64,000 bases of DNA from a virus: positions 96,001-160,000 of IMG/VR virus record IMGVR_UViG_3300035696_000007; one strand, 5' to 3'. Of the stretch, positions 22,481 to 33,140 are shown piece by piece. The notes beneath the pieces are model-generated. The model ran no database searches, had not been told where the DNA came from, and saw only the letters and a list, made by a program, of their open reading frames with translations. Positions within the stretch are counted from its first letter, which is position 1; each line of letters opens with the position of its first letter. Both the position numbers and the translations under genes were made by a program.

Positions 22481-22876
22481 TTAGGAGACAGGGGCGGACG
22501 CCACCTCGACCGGCCCGGACACAGGCGAAGGCGCAGCCGAGTCGGGCTGGGCAACCACGGGGGCGACGGGCACTGGCGGCGGAGACCGGGGCGGCTTGAC
22601 GGCGGGGGCCACGTAGGGGCGCTTGCGGACTTCGATGAAGCCGGAGGCGAGCAGGCTCTTCTTGTAGAAGGAGAGGACGCGGGTCGGCTTCTGCCGGGAG
22701 TTCCCGAGGTGCCTGGCCATCGCCGCGATCAGCTCGCGCCGGGTCAGGGGCCGGTGGTGGGTGCGGAGCACCGACACAATCATGCAGCCCTGCGGGGTGA
22801 GCTTGGACGGGTCAGCCGCCCGGAGCGCCCGAAAGGTGGCGACCATGCGTTGCGGTCTTTTGGCGGTTGTTTTCAT
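22481..22876 (-). CDS. Basic winged-helix-like protein
   Basis: PLTRRELIAAM..LSFYKKSLLASGFIEV. Confidence 0.5.
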   Translation of the reverse strand: MKTTAKRPQRMVATFRALRAADPSKLTPQGCMIVSVLRTHHRPLTRRELIAAMARHLGNSRQKPTRVLSFYKKSLLASGFIEVRKRPYVAPAVKPPRSPPPVPVAPVVAQPDSAAPSPVSGPVEVASAPVS

Positions 22877-23148
22877 AGTTTCACTGACAAGAACTGCTAG
22901 CACACCCACGCGATGTTGTAAACATTTATTACCAGAGGCCGAGCCTGTGGCCGAGCGCGCCCAGGATCATGGCCACGACGGACACCAGCATGGCCGCACT
23001 TATGACGTTGTCCCTGAGCCTCTCCCGCCGCTCGTTGCGCCGAAAGATCCTCTCCGTGTCCTCACGGACCCCGCCCATGACCCTCGCCCGCTGATCCTCG
23101 GTGAGCGATGGCCCCTTCGAGCCTTCCGGCCCCTTGTCGTTCATAGCA

Positions 23149-23796
23149 TTAAGCATGGGGAGGGGGAGCGGGCCACTTGTGCTTCCACCATGTAGAACTG
23201 GCCGTGGTGTCGTTCTGGCAAAAGACGTAGGGGGACCCCCTCTGCTTCCTCACGATGCCCTCCCAAAAGGGGAGGTTTTCGGACAGGTGGCGCAAGAAGG
23301 CCTCCGTGGGCGGGTTGAAGATCCACGCCGCCCCGACGGCCCGGCAGGCCTCCTCGGCGACCCTGGCCCGCTCGTCGGGGCCGGCCCGGAGGTAGGACGT
23401 CCCGCCGACGGCGAGCGCCTCGAACGGGTAGAACAGGCCCTTGTAGACCTCGCCGTCGAAGCAGGAGCCGGGCGGCAGCTTAGCGAAGTCGGGGAGATTG
23501 GCGACCTTGTAGTGGTAGCGGCGTCCGTGCCGGTTCTGCACCAACAGGGCGATGCCGTCCACGACGACGGGGGAGAAGAAGCTGCGGTCGGCGTCCGACA
23601 GGGCCGAGGCCCGCACGGTGGCGACGCCAGCCCTGTCGCCGTTCAGCTTGGGCTGGAGGGTGTCGCCGTTGCCCTTGAACTCCAGCACCAGTTCGACGGC
23701 CCTCGCCGGGTCGGAGAGGGCGCGCCCCTCGGCGGGGCGCATGGGATAGAAAGGCACCGCGATGCCGGGCACCACTCTGACGCGGGTCGGGGGCAT
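23149..23796 (-). CDS. Stand-alone ATP-dependent ligase nucleotidyltransferase domain
   Basis: QPKLNGDR (motif I), FDGEV (III), EGIVRK (IV), WWKHK (V); no OB domain. Confidence 0.7.
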   Translation of the reverse strand: MPPTRVRVVPGIAVPFYPMRPAEGRALSDPARAVELVLEFKGNGDTLQPKLNGDRAGVATVRASALSDADRSFFSPVVVDGIALLVQNRHGRRYHYKVANLPDFAKLPPGSCFDGEVYKGLFYPFEALAVGGTSYLRAGPDERARVAEEACRAVGAAWIFNPPTEAFLRHLSENLPFWEGIVRKQRGSPYVFCQNDTTASSTWWKHKWPAPPPHA

Positions 23797-24853
23797 CAAT
23801 CGGCCCTCGGCGTAGCCCCACCCAACGCCAAATCGACGTTGAGTGAAAGACAGACAAGAGCGCCGTCCTCAGCATTGGTCTGAGACATGCCACAGACGTT
23901 GAAGGAACCAACGTGACCAGTGCCACGCAAAGCCCGGCGAACACGCTCCAAGTCTTCTAGCAGATGGACACGCTCCTCAGGGGTACCAGCCTCTATGTAA
24001 AGGCTGGGCACGTTATCATGGACAACAACCTGAAGGTGCATGTTACTCGACGGTGGCGGTGATGGTGTTCTTGACGACCTCGGTCACCTTCTCTTGGTCG
24101 CCCACCTTGGGGAAGGCCGCCCAGCGGGTCTGATGGAACCCCTCGCGGACGGTGACTTTTTCGAAAGTGCTGAGCGGGCACGCGGTGCCTTCGGGGAGGT
24201 AGCCACGCTTGATAAGCTCGGCGGTGACGGTCTCGGCGGACTTCCGGTAGGCGTCGTAGATGCGCTTGCTGAACTCGCCCTTGTCCTCCCCGACCTTGGA
24301 GACGAACACGGCGTCGTCGAACTTCGCACCCGCCCTCTGCTGGACGTAGTCGTTAATGTCCTTGCCGAGGGACTTCATCAGTTCGTCGACGGCCTCGACG
24401 TTAGCGATGATGGAGTAGCGGTCTTGAAAGCTGACCCGCACCGAAGTGCCCTCCCTGTCCGTGAGACGCACCGTCGCGACGGGCTTCATCGGCTCGGCGA
24501 TGTTGTGGATGAAGAGGCGGTGGGTGGCGTCGGCCTTGATGGTCGGCTCCAGTTCGGCGATCTCGGCCTCGGCGGCGCGCTTCGCGCGGATGGCCTCGGC
24601 GTAGCGGCGGAGCCCGTCATTCTCGATGACGAAGCTGGGGACGTCGGTACCGTTCTTGGCGCCGGCGGTGGTGGAGGTCTTGAGGGCAACTGTCTTGAGT
24701 GGCATGGGAGGGTGGATTGGATTTTGTTTTGGTGAGTTCTAAACTATGCCCGGAGTATGGGGGTTCCGGCCCCGGTTGTAAACAAAAAAATGTCATAAAC
24801 TTTTTGCTTGCAACCCCGGCCCGCTTCCCCCAGCCTCCCAGGAGTCACCCGCC

Positions 24854-25744
24854 ATGCCCCGCTTCGTAAAAAACCTCAACTACGGCCTCATAAAGGACAT
24901 AGACCTCCAGAAGATGAGCCGCATCGCGCCCATCATCGCGAACGTGGGCGCACAGGCGTTCACCGAACTGCTGCTGATGCACCTCCACGCCCGCGTGGGC
25001 ATGACCTTCATCATCCAGAAGAAGGTGACGGACGACCTTAGGCTGACGGACTTCCACGAGGGCCGGTTCGAGGACCTGACGTGGCCGAGCACGACCATCG
25101 AGTTCAACTTCGAGGACCCGGCCCTCGGCACGCTGCTCGCGGGGAAGCTCACGCGGCAGCAGGTGCTGGAGGCGTCCGAGCGGCTGAACGTGACGCTGCG
25201 CGGCTACACCGCCGCGCCCGACCACGACCACCAGCTCATCATGGTGTGCCAGGCCTCCGACGGGAGCGGCTCCTGCGTGATGGTCCACGACGAGCACACG
25301 TGGCCGCGGCTGATGGCGGGCGAGGAAGTCGAGAGCATGACGCCCACCGGCCCCGGCGACGGGCGCATGGAGAAGGCGGAGTCGGCCGAGATGATCGACC
25401 TCGCGAAGCTCTGCATGAAGGTGCTGGCCTACTCCTCGATCCCGCAGTTCAAGCCGGCGCCTGTGACCCGCCACCAGCTGCACTACGGCGAGGGCAAGCC
25501 GGGCGTCCGGGGCCGGCCGAACCGCCCGACCTTCCGCGTCATCTACCTCCCGCACGTCATCCACGTCGGCGAGCGCAAGCCGTCCGAGCCGACCGGCATC
25601 CACCGCGAGTTCAAGGGGCGGCGCGGGCACCTGCGCTACTTCCACAGCGACTACTTCGTGAACGTGAAGGGCCAGTGGAAGTACATCGCGCCCGTCGAGG
25701 TCGAGGGCGTCGAGCGCACCATCGCCATAGTGAGGGAGCCGTAG
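24854..25744 (+). CDS. Hypothetical phage protein
   Basis: Clean ORF, GGAG upstream, C-term RRGHLRYF motif. Confidence 0.65.
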   Translation: MPRFVKNLNYGLIKDIDLQKMSRIAPIIANVGAQAFTELLLMHLHARVGMTFIIQKKVTDDLRLTDFHEGRFEDLTWPSTTIEFNFEDPALGTLLAGKLTRQQVLEASERLNVTLRGYTAAPDHDHQLIMVCQASDGSGSCVMVHDEHTWPRLMAGEEVESMTPTGPGDGRMEKAESAEMIDLAKLCMKVLAYSSIPQFKPAPVTRHQLHYGEGKPGVRGRPNRPTFRVIYLPHVIHVGERKPSEPTGIHREFKGRRGHLRYFHSDYFVNVKGQWKYIAPVEVEGVERTIAIVREP

Positions 25745-25746
25745 CG

Positions 25747-25956
25747 ATGTCGCGCTCCCACAGGAACTGGCCCGGCGGAATCCACCGCTGCTCGAAGTGC
25801 GGAAAGGAGTACAAGCAGGGGGCGAGCCTCGCCGCCCACATCATCGCCGGGTGCACGCCGAAGAAGCCCCGGCGCTCCCGCTACCCGAAGCACTACCAAG
25901 ACTTCCTAGACCGGCGCGCCGAAGCCGAAGCCGCCAGCCTGCCAAAAACTTTATGA
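25747..25956 (+). CDS. Small C2HC zinc-finger protein
   Basis: CSKCGKEYKQGASLAAHIIAGC. Confidence 0.55.
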   Translation: MSRSHRNWPGGIHRCSKCGKEYKQGASLAAHIIAGCTPKKPRRSRYPKHYQDFLDRRAEAEAASLPKTL

Positions 25957-26600
25957 AACCAACCCCCAAACTACTCACAACGGGCGTGTTCATGTGGCAC
26001 GCCGAGGAACGCAGGAGCAACCGCTACGGCGCCTTCTACCCGGCGACCGAGAGCTACTCCGGCGAAATGACGAAGCTCCGCCGGATCGACCAGGGCGCGG
26101 TCAAGGGCTTCGACGGCAAGCGCGTCAGGATGTTCGCCGTCGTCGTGGAGAGCCGCCCGAGCGGCCACCTCGGCGATTTCTTCCTCGGCCTCAGGCCGAA
26201 CCCGGCGCCGGTCGGCGCCACCGTCGAGATCGGCGTGGGCACGCTGCGCGTGACCAAGAACCCCGAAATCGGCGACACGCCCATCTTCGAGCTGCACCCG
26301 GACGACGGCCGGCGAGAGTTCTGGTGCGACCCGCGCAACTTCTACAAGCTCCACGACCAGACGGTGGAGTTCTACGCCGCAAGGACGAAGGCCGCCGCGC
26401 CGCCCGCCTACCAGGGCAGCCGGGATGAGGACGAGGCCATCGTCATTGGGACAGACCCGGCAGGAGCCGACCTCCAGGTGAAGACGAGATCGAAATCTTT
26501 CAGGATACCTGGCACCATCGCCAACATGGGCGGCGGCACGTTCATCGTCAGGGCGCCCGTCCTGTCGGAGGGTTCCCGCCACAAACTCGCACCCGAATGA
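25953..26600 (+). CDS. Hypothetical protein
   Basis: ATGA overlap with upstream ORF, GC3 bias. Confidence 0.6.
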   Translation: MKPTPKLLTTGVFMWHAEERRSNRYGAFYPATESYSGEMTKLRRIDQGAVKGFDGKRVRMFAVVVESRPSGHLGDFFLGLRPNPAPVGATVEIGVGTLRVTKNPEIGDTPIFELHPDDGRREFWCDPRNFYKLHDQTVEFYAARTKAAAPPAYQGSRDEDEAIVIGTDPAGADLQVKTRSKSFRIPGTIANMGGGTFIVRAPVLSEGSRHKLAPE

Positions 26601-26652
26601 CACACAGATTTCGCTTGCATTGAAGGTAGGGCTATACTTAGGTGGGTTACTT

Positions 26653-26970
26653 ATGAACTACATCCCACCAGAAGATGCAAACTCCCCCAAAGAACACTTG
26701 TTCTTGATCAAAGTTCTCGTTCACGGTTCCGAGGACACCCTGGCTCTCGCCCTCATAAAATACGACGACACCTTTACGCTCGGTCTCCGCTGGAACGGCG
26801 ACAAGGACAGGCCAGCCGGGTACCCACAATCCTACGGCCATCCCAGTTGGTTCGTTGTCGAAGAGGGGTTTTTCGCCGAGCAGATTGTCAGCGGCCTGAA
26901 GCCCGTAGACCAGGCCTTCGTGCGCAACTTTATCGCGAAGCCGAAAGTACCGCCGCCCTGCCCGGACTGA
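26653..26970 (+). CDS. Hypothetical protein, lower GC (likely recent acquisition)
   Basis: LGLRWNG..GYPQSYGHPSWF; AT-richer codons, own TATACT. Confidence 0.55.
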   Translation: MNYIPPEDANSPKEHLFLIKVLVHGSEDTLALALIKYDDTFTLGLRWNGDKDRPAGYPQSYGHPSWFVVEEGFFAEQIVSGLKPVDQAFVRNFIAKPKVPPPCPD

Positions 26971-29900
26971 TCACTGGAAGGTGTAGGTGGCGGTGGCGCG
27001 CGGACTCGGAGCCACGCCGCTCAGGAAGGCCCGGGCGTTGAGCGTGACCGAGTAGCCGGGGTTGTAGGGCACGTTGACGGCGCCGCCGTAGGGCAGGCCC
27101 GAGTCGATTGACTGCGGGTCGGTGCCGTCGAGCGTGTAGCGGATGGTGACGTTCGCGTCGGGCGACGAGATGACGACGGCCACGCCCTGCGAATAGATGC
27201 CGGAGCTGACGCTGAGGCCGATCTGCTTGAGCCCCGTGGCATAGACGATGCAAGGCGCGACCGAGACCTGCATGGAGGCGCCGAACTGGTCGTAGACGGT
27301 GACCAGCCCGTCGATCGAGGCGCCGACCGGGGCGACCGTGCCGCTCGTGTCGACGTCCACGTTACCGCCCCAGAGGGTCTCGCCGATGGAAGTGAAGTCC
27401 CAGCGGTAGTTGACGGTGTCACCCTGGGCGTCGATGGCGTAGGCGGCGAACGAAGCCAGCTGGCCGACCGCCACGCCGGGGTTGACGGGGTAGGCCCACT
27501 GGATGACCGGGGCGGTGTTCATCACCAGCTCGACGATGCCGTTGGCGGTGGCGGAATAGCCCATTTCGTCGGTCACGGTCGCGCTGAACAGGCCCTGCCC
27601 GCCGGCAGGGATGAGGCCGACGACCTTGGTCAGGGTGGCGTAGTAGGTGTTGCCGTAGCCTCCGATCGGGGTGAGGATGGCGGCCGCCGTGGTGGCGTCC
27701 CAGAAGGAGAAGACGACGCTGGCGATGCCGCGCTCGTCCGGGTCGCTGACGATGGCGGAGAAGACGAGGTCCTGGGTCAGGTTCACGCCGGCCCTGGCCG
27801 TCGCCGGGTACTCGCAGAGGGAGATCGTGGGCGGCTGGTTCGGCGCCCCGAAGAGCGGGATCGTGCCGGTCGTGGTGAGCCCCGCCGAGTTGGCCACGGT
27901 GACCGACACGGTCTGCGGCTCGGAGACCTGGTAGCCAGCGATCTCCTCCGTCGTGCCGATGACCGTGGAACCCGACATCCAGAGGTAGGTCAGCGGCAGG
28001 CCGCCCGGGTCGGCCGCGAAGGCCGTAAGGTTGGTCGTGTAGGGCAGCGGCTGGTTGTTGACCGAGGCGACGATGAGCTGGAGCGACGGCGGCGCGACGA
28101 CGCTGATCGCCTCCGAGACGCTGGCCCACTGGCCCATGTCGTCGACGGCGGTCACGGTGGCGATCGTATCGCCTCCCTGCGCGAAGGTCACGGAGGCCTG
28201 CGGCAGCCGCGTGGACACGGTGCCCGTGCCAGGGACGACCCAGACGTAGCCCAGGTTGGTGCCGGTCCCGTTGACGCTCAACTCCACGGTCTCGCCGACG
28301 TAGTAGGGCGGCGAGACGCTTATCGCGAAGTCGGAAAGAACCGGGACTTCGGGCGCCGGAACGTCGGGCAGCGCCACCGGATTGAGCACGGCCAGATCGT
28401 CGGTTCTCCTGGCCGTCGAGCCGGTGGTCGTGTTCGAGACCGGCCACCGGGAGTTGTCATAAGCGTCCTGGCCAAGGGTGGCCGAGTAAATCGTGGACTC
28501 GTGGGAAAGCGACACGATGGTGCCGTAGCTGTTGAGTGCCCCGACCCACGCCCCGGCCGGCAGGGACACCGGTGAGGCGGCGCTGGTGGAGACGGGGGTG
28601 AGGACGAAATCCGGCGGCGAAAGGGTGACCTGATAGAGCACCGGGGCGAGCTTGCGGATCTCGTAGCCATAGACGGCGAGCTGGCGCACCTGGCCGCGGC
28701 TCGGCACGCTGGCCTCGTTGGCCCATGTGAAGGTGAGCACCCAAGGCCCGGACAGGTTGGAGGCCAGGGTGAAGTCGACGGACGTCAAGCCCCGCGGGTT
28801 CAAGCCGGCGCCGTCCGGCAGGAGCGTCGCTGTGAAGACCGTCGCCGCGCCGCTGGAGCCTTGGAGCTGGATGCTGACCTCGAACCCCGCGAAGTCGTCG
28901 TCCACGACGCCGATGTTGCCGGCGTCGACGGTGATGCGGTAGTACCCGGCGACCAGGGCGTCCGGGACCTCGAAGGACAGGTCGCCGTTGTACGGCAAGG
29001 CCGCCACCCCAAGGGCCGTCCCGAAGCTGTTGGCGTTCAGCCAAACCGAGAAGGCGTTCGGCTGGTCCGACCAGACCTGCGACTGATTGTAAATGAAGAG
29101 GGGCGGCGTGGCGACAGTCCCGGCCCAGGGGGCCACGTAGACGACGCCCGTCGTGCCCATGCCCGCCACGGAAAGACGGTTGCCCGAAACGGCCAGGAGC
29201 GAGACGGCATCGGTGGGCTCGTCGTAGCCCATGAGATCCGGGCCGACGATGGCCTCCTCGGCGGCGGGCCTGGAACGCAGAGGCAGCGATACCGTGAACT
29301 CCGGCCCGGAACCCGTGTTGTCCAAACCGACCTCATAGACCGTCGTGCCGTCGCCAGCCAGGATGTAGGCCCGGTCCTGGGCCGCGTTGAAGTTCGGCAA
29401 AGCCGCGACCGTGCCGGCCCACGCCTGGCCCACGAGCGTGCCCGCGTAGGCATAGGTTTCGCCCGGCAGCACACCGGTCGTCCCGGCGAGCACGACCTTG
29501 CCCGCGCCCTCGATCTCCGGGCCCTGCAGGCCGAGCGGGAAAAGCGGGGGCACGACTTGGGCGCCGCCGAGCCCGACCAGCTTGAACTCGTCATCCCCGT
29601 CGAACTGGCCAGTGGCGTCGTACCGGCCCACGTAACCCTGATCCAGGGCCTCGGTGGTGGGCCGGGTGGCCGCGTTGGTGCCCGCGGCGGGCACCACGAA
29701 GCCGGAATCGAGGATGGCAAGGCCGTACCGGTCACCCCGCACGGAACTGACGTAGGGAAGCCCCTCGACCGTCTCAAGCGGGGTGAACGCCGGGTTGCGC
29801 ACCACGGCGAGATCCGAGCCGAGCTTGATCGAGGCCCAAAGACTGAAATCCTGGAGGTAGGAGAGGCCTTCGGTGCCGTAGATAATGGCCTGCGAGGGGG

Positions 29901-32571
29901 TAGTCGGGTCGAAGATCCCAGCGGCCGACACCGTGACCGGAGACAGCGCCGGGTCAGCCGCGCCAAGCGTGAGCAAGGAAGTGGAGAGGCTGACGAACAC
30001 ATAGGCCTGCGCGCCAGCAAAGGGCACCCAGCCCGTTGACACGGCGGTGCCATTGGACTGCACGGCCATGGCCGAGAACCCGGAGGACCCGACGTACAGC
30101 GACACGGGGCCGAGCAGGGCAAACGTCTCCGCGATGGGCTGGAGCTGGCCCTGCTGGACGTAAAGCCCCGCCGTGAACCCGTCGTCGCCGATGGCTCTCG
30201 AAGCCGTCGAAGTCAGGTCAACGCCCACCGGCAGCGAAAGGCCCCACCCGCGGAAGGGGTCCCACACCCGGTGCGACGGCATGAGCTGCGGCGCAACCGG
30301 GTCAGGATAAGCCGTGACGTCCTCCACGACCAGCGCACTGTCAGGGTGCTCGGCCATCGGCCACCAGGCCGTGAGGTCGTCGTACCTCGCCGGAACCCAA
30401 CATTGGGCGGCGATCAGGAGCTCCTCCGAGACAAGGCGGACTTCCGCGAGGCCCCCACCGCCGAGGACGCCAAGGCCCAGGCGGACCGGGGCGGACGCCT
30501 CCGGCTCGTCCAAGGCGACTGCTCGGACGCGATAGGGCTTCACCGAATAATTGAGATCGAGCACGCGCAGGCCGTACGCCACCCCAGCGTCGTCCACCAC
30601 GCGCGCTTCGGGGCCGATCAGGGTGGGCATCGGGTCCGCCCCGAACGGCATAAAGTAGTCTGGGGAGACCACCTCACCCCCGGCCCTGAGCAGCCGCCGC
30701 CAGGGGTACTCGTCCTGGGTCTCGTAGTCCCAGTCGACGCAGTTGACGCTCCCGTTCAGGTCCACGCCGACGTAGGCGAAGGTGCCGGTCACGTCGACGA
30801 CCGCCTCCGGCCGCGCCTCGTAGCTGACGGACATCCCGGCCGGCGGCTCCGGCCTGATCGTGCCGCTATCGGCGACAACCCATTCGGCGACGACCGTGCC
30901 GGCGAACGCGGGGCCGGCGGCGATCCCAAACTCGCCCGCGCTGAAGTCGTACCAGCCGGACACGACGTCGCCCGTGACGCTGCCGCCGAAGTAATAGACG
31001 CTCCCGATTTGCTCGGTGGAGAGGGGGGTGGAGGAGTCGCCGAGCACAACAGAGAACTCGGCCGCGTAGTCGCCGAACGGCGCCTGCGGGAACAGAAGCG
31101 TCCCGAAGAAGGTGCCGGACCCGCCGCCGGTGAGAAAGTCGTAGGCCGGGTACGGGGCGTAGGCCGCCGCATCCCTCCCAAGCAGCCCGGAGGTCTTGCG
31201 GCGGGGGAGCCGGGTGGCCGCCCTCACATCCTCAAGATAGCCGAATGTCCTCGTCGCATCCGACTGGAGCGTGACCGCGTCCACCTGAGGCGTCCCGGCC
31301 GCCGCCTGGGTGACCGGCACCGGCGCGACTGTGCCCGCCAAAACGACCTTCTCCGGCCAGAGCGTGACCGCGGGCTCGGGCTGCCAACCGTTCGCCCACG
31401 GGCGCCACGGGGCCGGGGCAGTCCCCGCCGGGGTCACAAGGTCCGGGTTGGCCTCCAGATCGGTGTTTGGGATGGCCGCGATGGTGCCGGGGTCGAGGCT
31501 GAACACGCCGAGGTCGAAATAGCTTGTGCGGTACTTGATGCTGGACAGCGCCCCGAAGCACGAAAGCGTGCGCCAGGTGCCGGAGCCGGCCACAACGATG
31601 GGCAGGCCGTTGAAGCTGTCGCCAGGGACGAGCGCCTGGGCGAGCAACCCGGAGACCACGGTACCGCTGTCGAGGGCCACGCTGGCGACAAGCGCCGGGG
31701 CGCCGCCGGCCAGCGGATAGGAGCCGGGCACCGGATTGACGACGCTGCCCGCCGTCTGGACGAGCCTGAAGAAGGGGTTGGCGCCATTAACCGCCGTGAG
31801 GTAGAATGAGTCGCTGGTCCCGTCCGCCACCAGGGCCGGGCTGGCGTACTGGTAGAAGGCACCGTCGGTGAAGTCCTGCGGGTCGTAGTTGCCTTCCGGG
31901 TCCGGGAGGGTCGGCGTCGGGAAATAGTCCGGCACGGCCGCGAAGTCCCTGTCGTTGGCCGGGCTGCCGATGTCCAAGGCCTCGCGCGGCGAGAGCCTGC
32001 CCCACAGGGGCGTCATGGCGGCGTCACCGAAGCCCGACAGCTTGGCCACGGTAGCGAAGCTCTGGGCAGTGCCCTTGGTCTTGAGGCGCGGGAAGTAGGT
32101 GGCCATGGCCCGCTGCTGCCGGGCGGCGGCCTCCGCCGCCGTGTCGGTCGCCGGCCCGGAGTAGAGGGTCGCCCCCAGGCTCCGGGCGAGGAACTGAACC
32201 GTGTCAACGCCCACCTGCCGCAAGAGGTCGGTGCCGACGGTGACGGCGGTCACCTGCGACGGGTCGACGTCCATCTGCGCCGCGGCCCAGGCGAGGAGGG
32301 CCACCGGGTCGTCCACGGGCGTGTCGGGCAGGACGTCGAGCGTGCGCGTGATGAGATTGCCCGCGTCGCCGACATAGGTGGCGAACACGCAGGTGAGGGG
32401 CGCGGGGGCGGGCTGGTTGAGGTTCTCGAACCAGCCGACCAGCGACCTGAGGTCGGCGATCCTATCCTGGTACCCGCCGACGACCGCCTGGATCAACTTG
32501 CGCACGTCCAGGTCGACGATGAACTGCGGCAGGTCGTCGTAGAGATACGATTCTGGCAAATTGGCTAGCAT
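26971..32571 (-). CDS. Large baseplate wedge/tail protein with PKD/Ig repeats and C-terminal FN3/chitobiase-like domain
   Basis: N-term KTKGTAQSF..L.GF wedge-like motif; PKD-like repeats; VTIRYTLDGTDP; about 1866 aa from ATG 32571. Confidence 0.75.
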   Translation of the reverse strand: MLANLPESYLYDDLPQFIVDLDVRKLIQAVVGGYQDRIADLRSLVGWFENLNQPAPAPLTCVFATYVGDAGNLITRTLDVLPDTPVDDPVALLAWAAAQMDVDPSQVTAVTVGTDLLRQVGVDTVQFLARSLGATLYSGPATDTAAEAAARQQRAMATYFPRLKTKGTAQSFATVAKLSGFGDAAMTPLWGRLSPREALDIGSPANDRDFAAVPDYFPTPTLPDPEGNYDPQDFTDGAFYQYASPALVADGTSDSFYLTAVNGANPFFRLVQTAGSVVNPVPGSYPLAGGAPALVASVALDSGTVVSGLLAQALVPGDSFNGLPIVVAGSGTWRTLSCFGALSSIKYRTSYFDLGVFSLDPGTIAAIPNTDLEANPDLVTPAGTAPAPWRPWANGWQPEPAVTLWPEKVVLAGTVAPVPVTQAAAGTPQVDAVTLQSDATRTFGYLEDVRAATRLPRRKTSGLLGRDAAAYAPYPAYDFLTGGGSGTFFGTLLFPQAPFGDYAAEFSVVLGDSSTPLSTEQIGSVYYFGGSVTGDVVSGWYDFSAGEFGIAAGPAFAGTVVAEWVVADSGTIRPEPPAGMSVSYEARPEAVVDVTGTFAYVGVDLNGSVNCVDWDYETQDEYPWRRLLRAGGEVVSPDYFMPFGADPMPTLIGPEARVVDDAGVAYGLRVLDLNYSVKPYRVRAVALDEPEASAPVRLGLGVLGGGGLAEVRLVSEELLIAAQCWVPARYDDLTAWWPMAEHPDSALVVEDVTAYPDPVAPQLMPSHRVWDPFRGWGLSLPVGVDLTSTASRAIGDDGFTAGLYVQQGQLQPIAETFALLGPVSLYVGSSGFSAMAVQSNGTAVSTGWVPFAGAQAYVFVSLSTSLLTLGAADPALSPVTVSAAGIFDPTTPSQAIIYGTEGLSYLQDFSLWASIKLGSDLAVVRNPAFTPLETVEGLPYVSSVRGDRYGLAILDSGFVVPAAGTNAATRPTTEALDQGYVGRYDATGQFDGDDEFKLVGLGGAQVVPPLFPLGLQGPEIEGAGKVVLAGTTGVLPGETYAYAGTLVGQAWAGTVAALPNFNAAQDRAYILAGDGTTVYEVGLDNTGSGPEFTVSLPLRSRPAAEEAIVGPDLMGYDEPTDAVSLLAVSGNRLSVAGMGTTGVVYVAPWAGTVATPPLFIYNQSQVWSDQPNAFSVWLNANSFGTALGVAALPYNGDLSFEVPDALVAGYYRITVDAGNIGVVDDDFAGFEVSIQLQGSSGAATVFTATLLPDGAGLNPRGLTSVDFTLASNLSGPWVLTFTWANEASVPSRGQVRQLAVYGYEIRKLAPVLYQVTLSPPDFVLTPVSTSAASPVSLPAGAWVGALNSYGTIVSLSHESTIYSATLGQDAYDNSRWPVSNTTTGSTARRTDDLAVLNPVALPDVPAPEVPVLSDFAISVSPPYYVGETVELSVNGTGTNLGYVWVVPGTGTVSTRLPQASVTFAQGGDTIATVTAVDDMGQWASVSEAISVVAPPSLQLIVASVNNQPLPYTTNLTAFAADPGGLPLTYLWMSGSTVIGTTEEIAGYQVSEPQTVSVTVANSAGLTTTGTIPLFGAPNQPPTISLCEYPATARAGVNLTQDLVFSAIVSDPDERGIASVVFSFWDATTAAAILTPIGGYGNTYYATLTKVVGLIPAGGQGLFSATVTDEMGYSATANGIVELVMNTAPVIQWAYPVNPGVAVGQLASFAAYAIDAQGDTVNYRWDFTSIGETLWGGNVDVDTSGTVAPVGASIDGLVTVYDQFGASMQVSVAPCIVYATGLKQIGLSVSSGIYSQGVAVVISSPDANVTIRYTLDGTDPQSIDSGLPYGGAVNVPYNPGYSVTLNARAFLSGVAPSPRATATYTFQ

Positions 32572-33092
32572 AGCAGTCTCTCCCTCAAATGATTGTATGC
32601 CTGCCTCAGCCACACAAAAAACTCCTGCTGCGACGCACTGCCCTTCGCATAATTGCAACGCTTACAGCATGGAACGACGTTCGCCAAATCGTATCCCCCT
32701 GAGCTTTCCACTCGATCCAGGCCGTTGTAAAGATGCAGACCTACGAACGGCTTACATGACCGCACGATAACCTGAGCCGGTGGTCTCCCACAATAGAAGC
32801 AGTTGGAGTTGGCCAGTGTCACGAAATCCTGAAAAGAAAGACTGAACTTGATCCCGCGCAGCCGTGCCGTGCTCGCGATGCCTCGGTAAAGCACCCTAAA
32901 GGCCACTTCCCTTTCAGGCAGTTTACGAGCGCACCCGCAGCTCTTCACCCTGACAATGTTGGACGACTTCTGCCTGAACACATTTCCACAACGCTTACAC
33001 TTAGCCAGATACCAACCTCCATCAAAACCGACCACTTTGACGTGTTCAGTCTCAAAAGAGAGGTACTTGAGTGGCGGATGCGGATGAGGCAC
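32565..33092 (-). CDS. HNH homing endonuclease
   Basis: CFYCG..NGLDRVESSGGYDLANVVPCCKRCNYAK; markedly lower GC. Confidence 0.85.
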   Translation of the reverse strand: MPHPHPPLKYLSFETEHVKVVGFDGGWYLAKCKRCGNVFRQKSSNIVRVKSCGCARKLPEREVAFRVLYRGIASTARLRGIKFSLSFQDFVTLANSNCFYCGRPPAQVIVRSCKPFVGLHLYNGLDRVESSGGYDLANVVPCCKRCNYAKGSASQQEFFVWLRQAYNHLRERLLC

Positions 33093-33140
33093 AAACTAAC
33101 TATGGCGGGGCCGGGCCGCCGCCCGGTAGTTAGGCTGGCC

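Larger units (their letters stand above)
7766..24705 (-). other. Block of about 40 small, tightly tiled minus-strand early/accessory genes, mostly hypothetical
   Basis: Overlapping stop/start tiling, e.g. 7766-8314, 8320-8619, 8616-9092, 9533-9940, 11071-11487, 11484-11711, 11708-11956, 11953-12180, 13033-13644, 13641-14060, 15025-15384, 15641-16024, 16439-16939, 18951-19484, 21746-21994, 22053-22397, 23796-24041, 24043-24705; TTTGTTTAC promoter-like sites interspersed. Confidence 0.75.
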
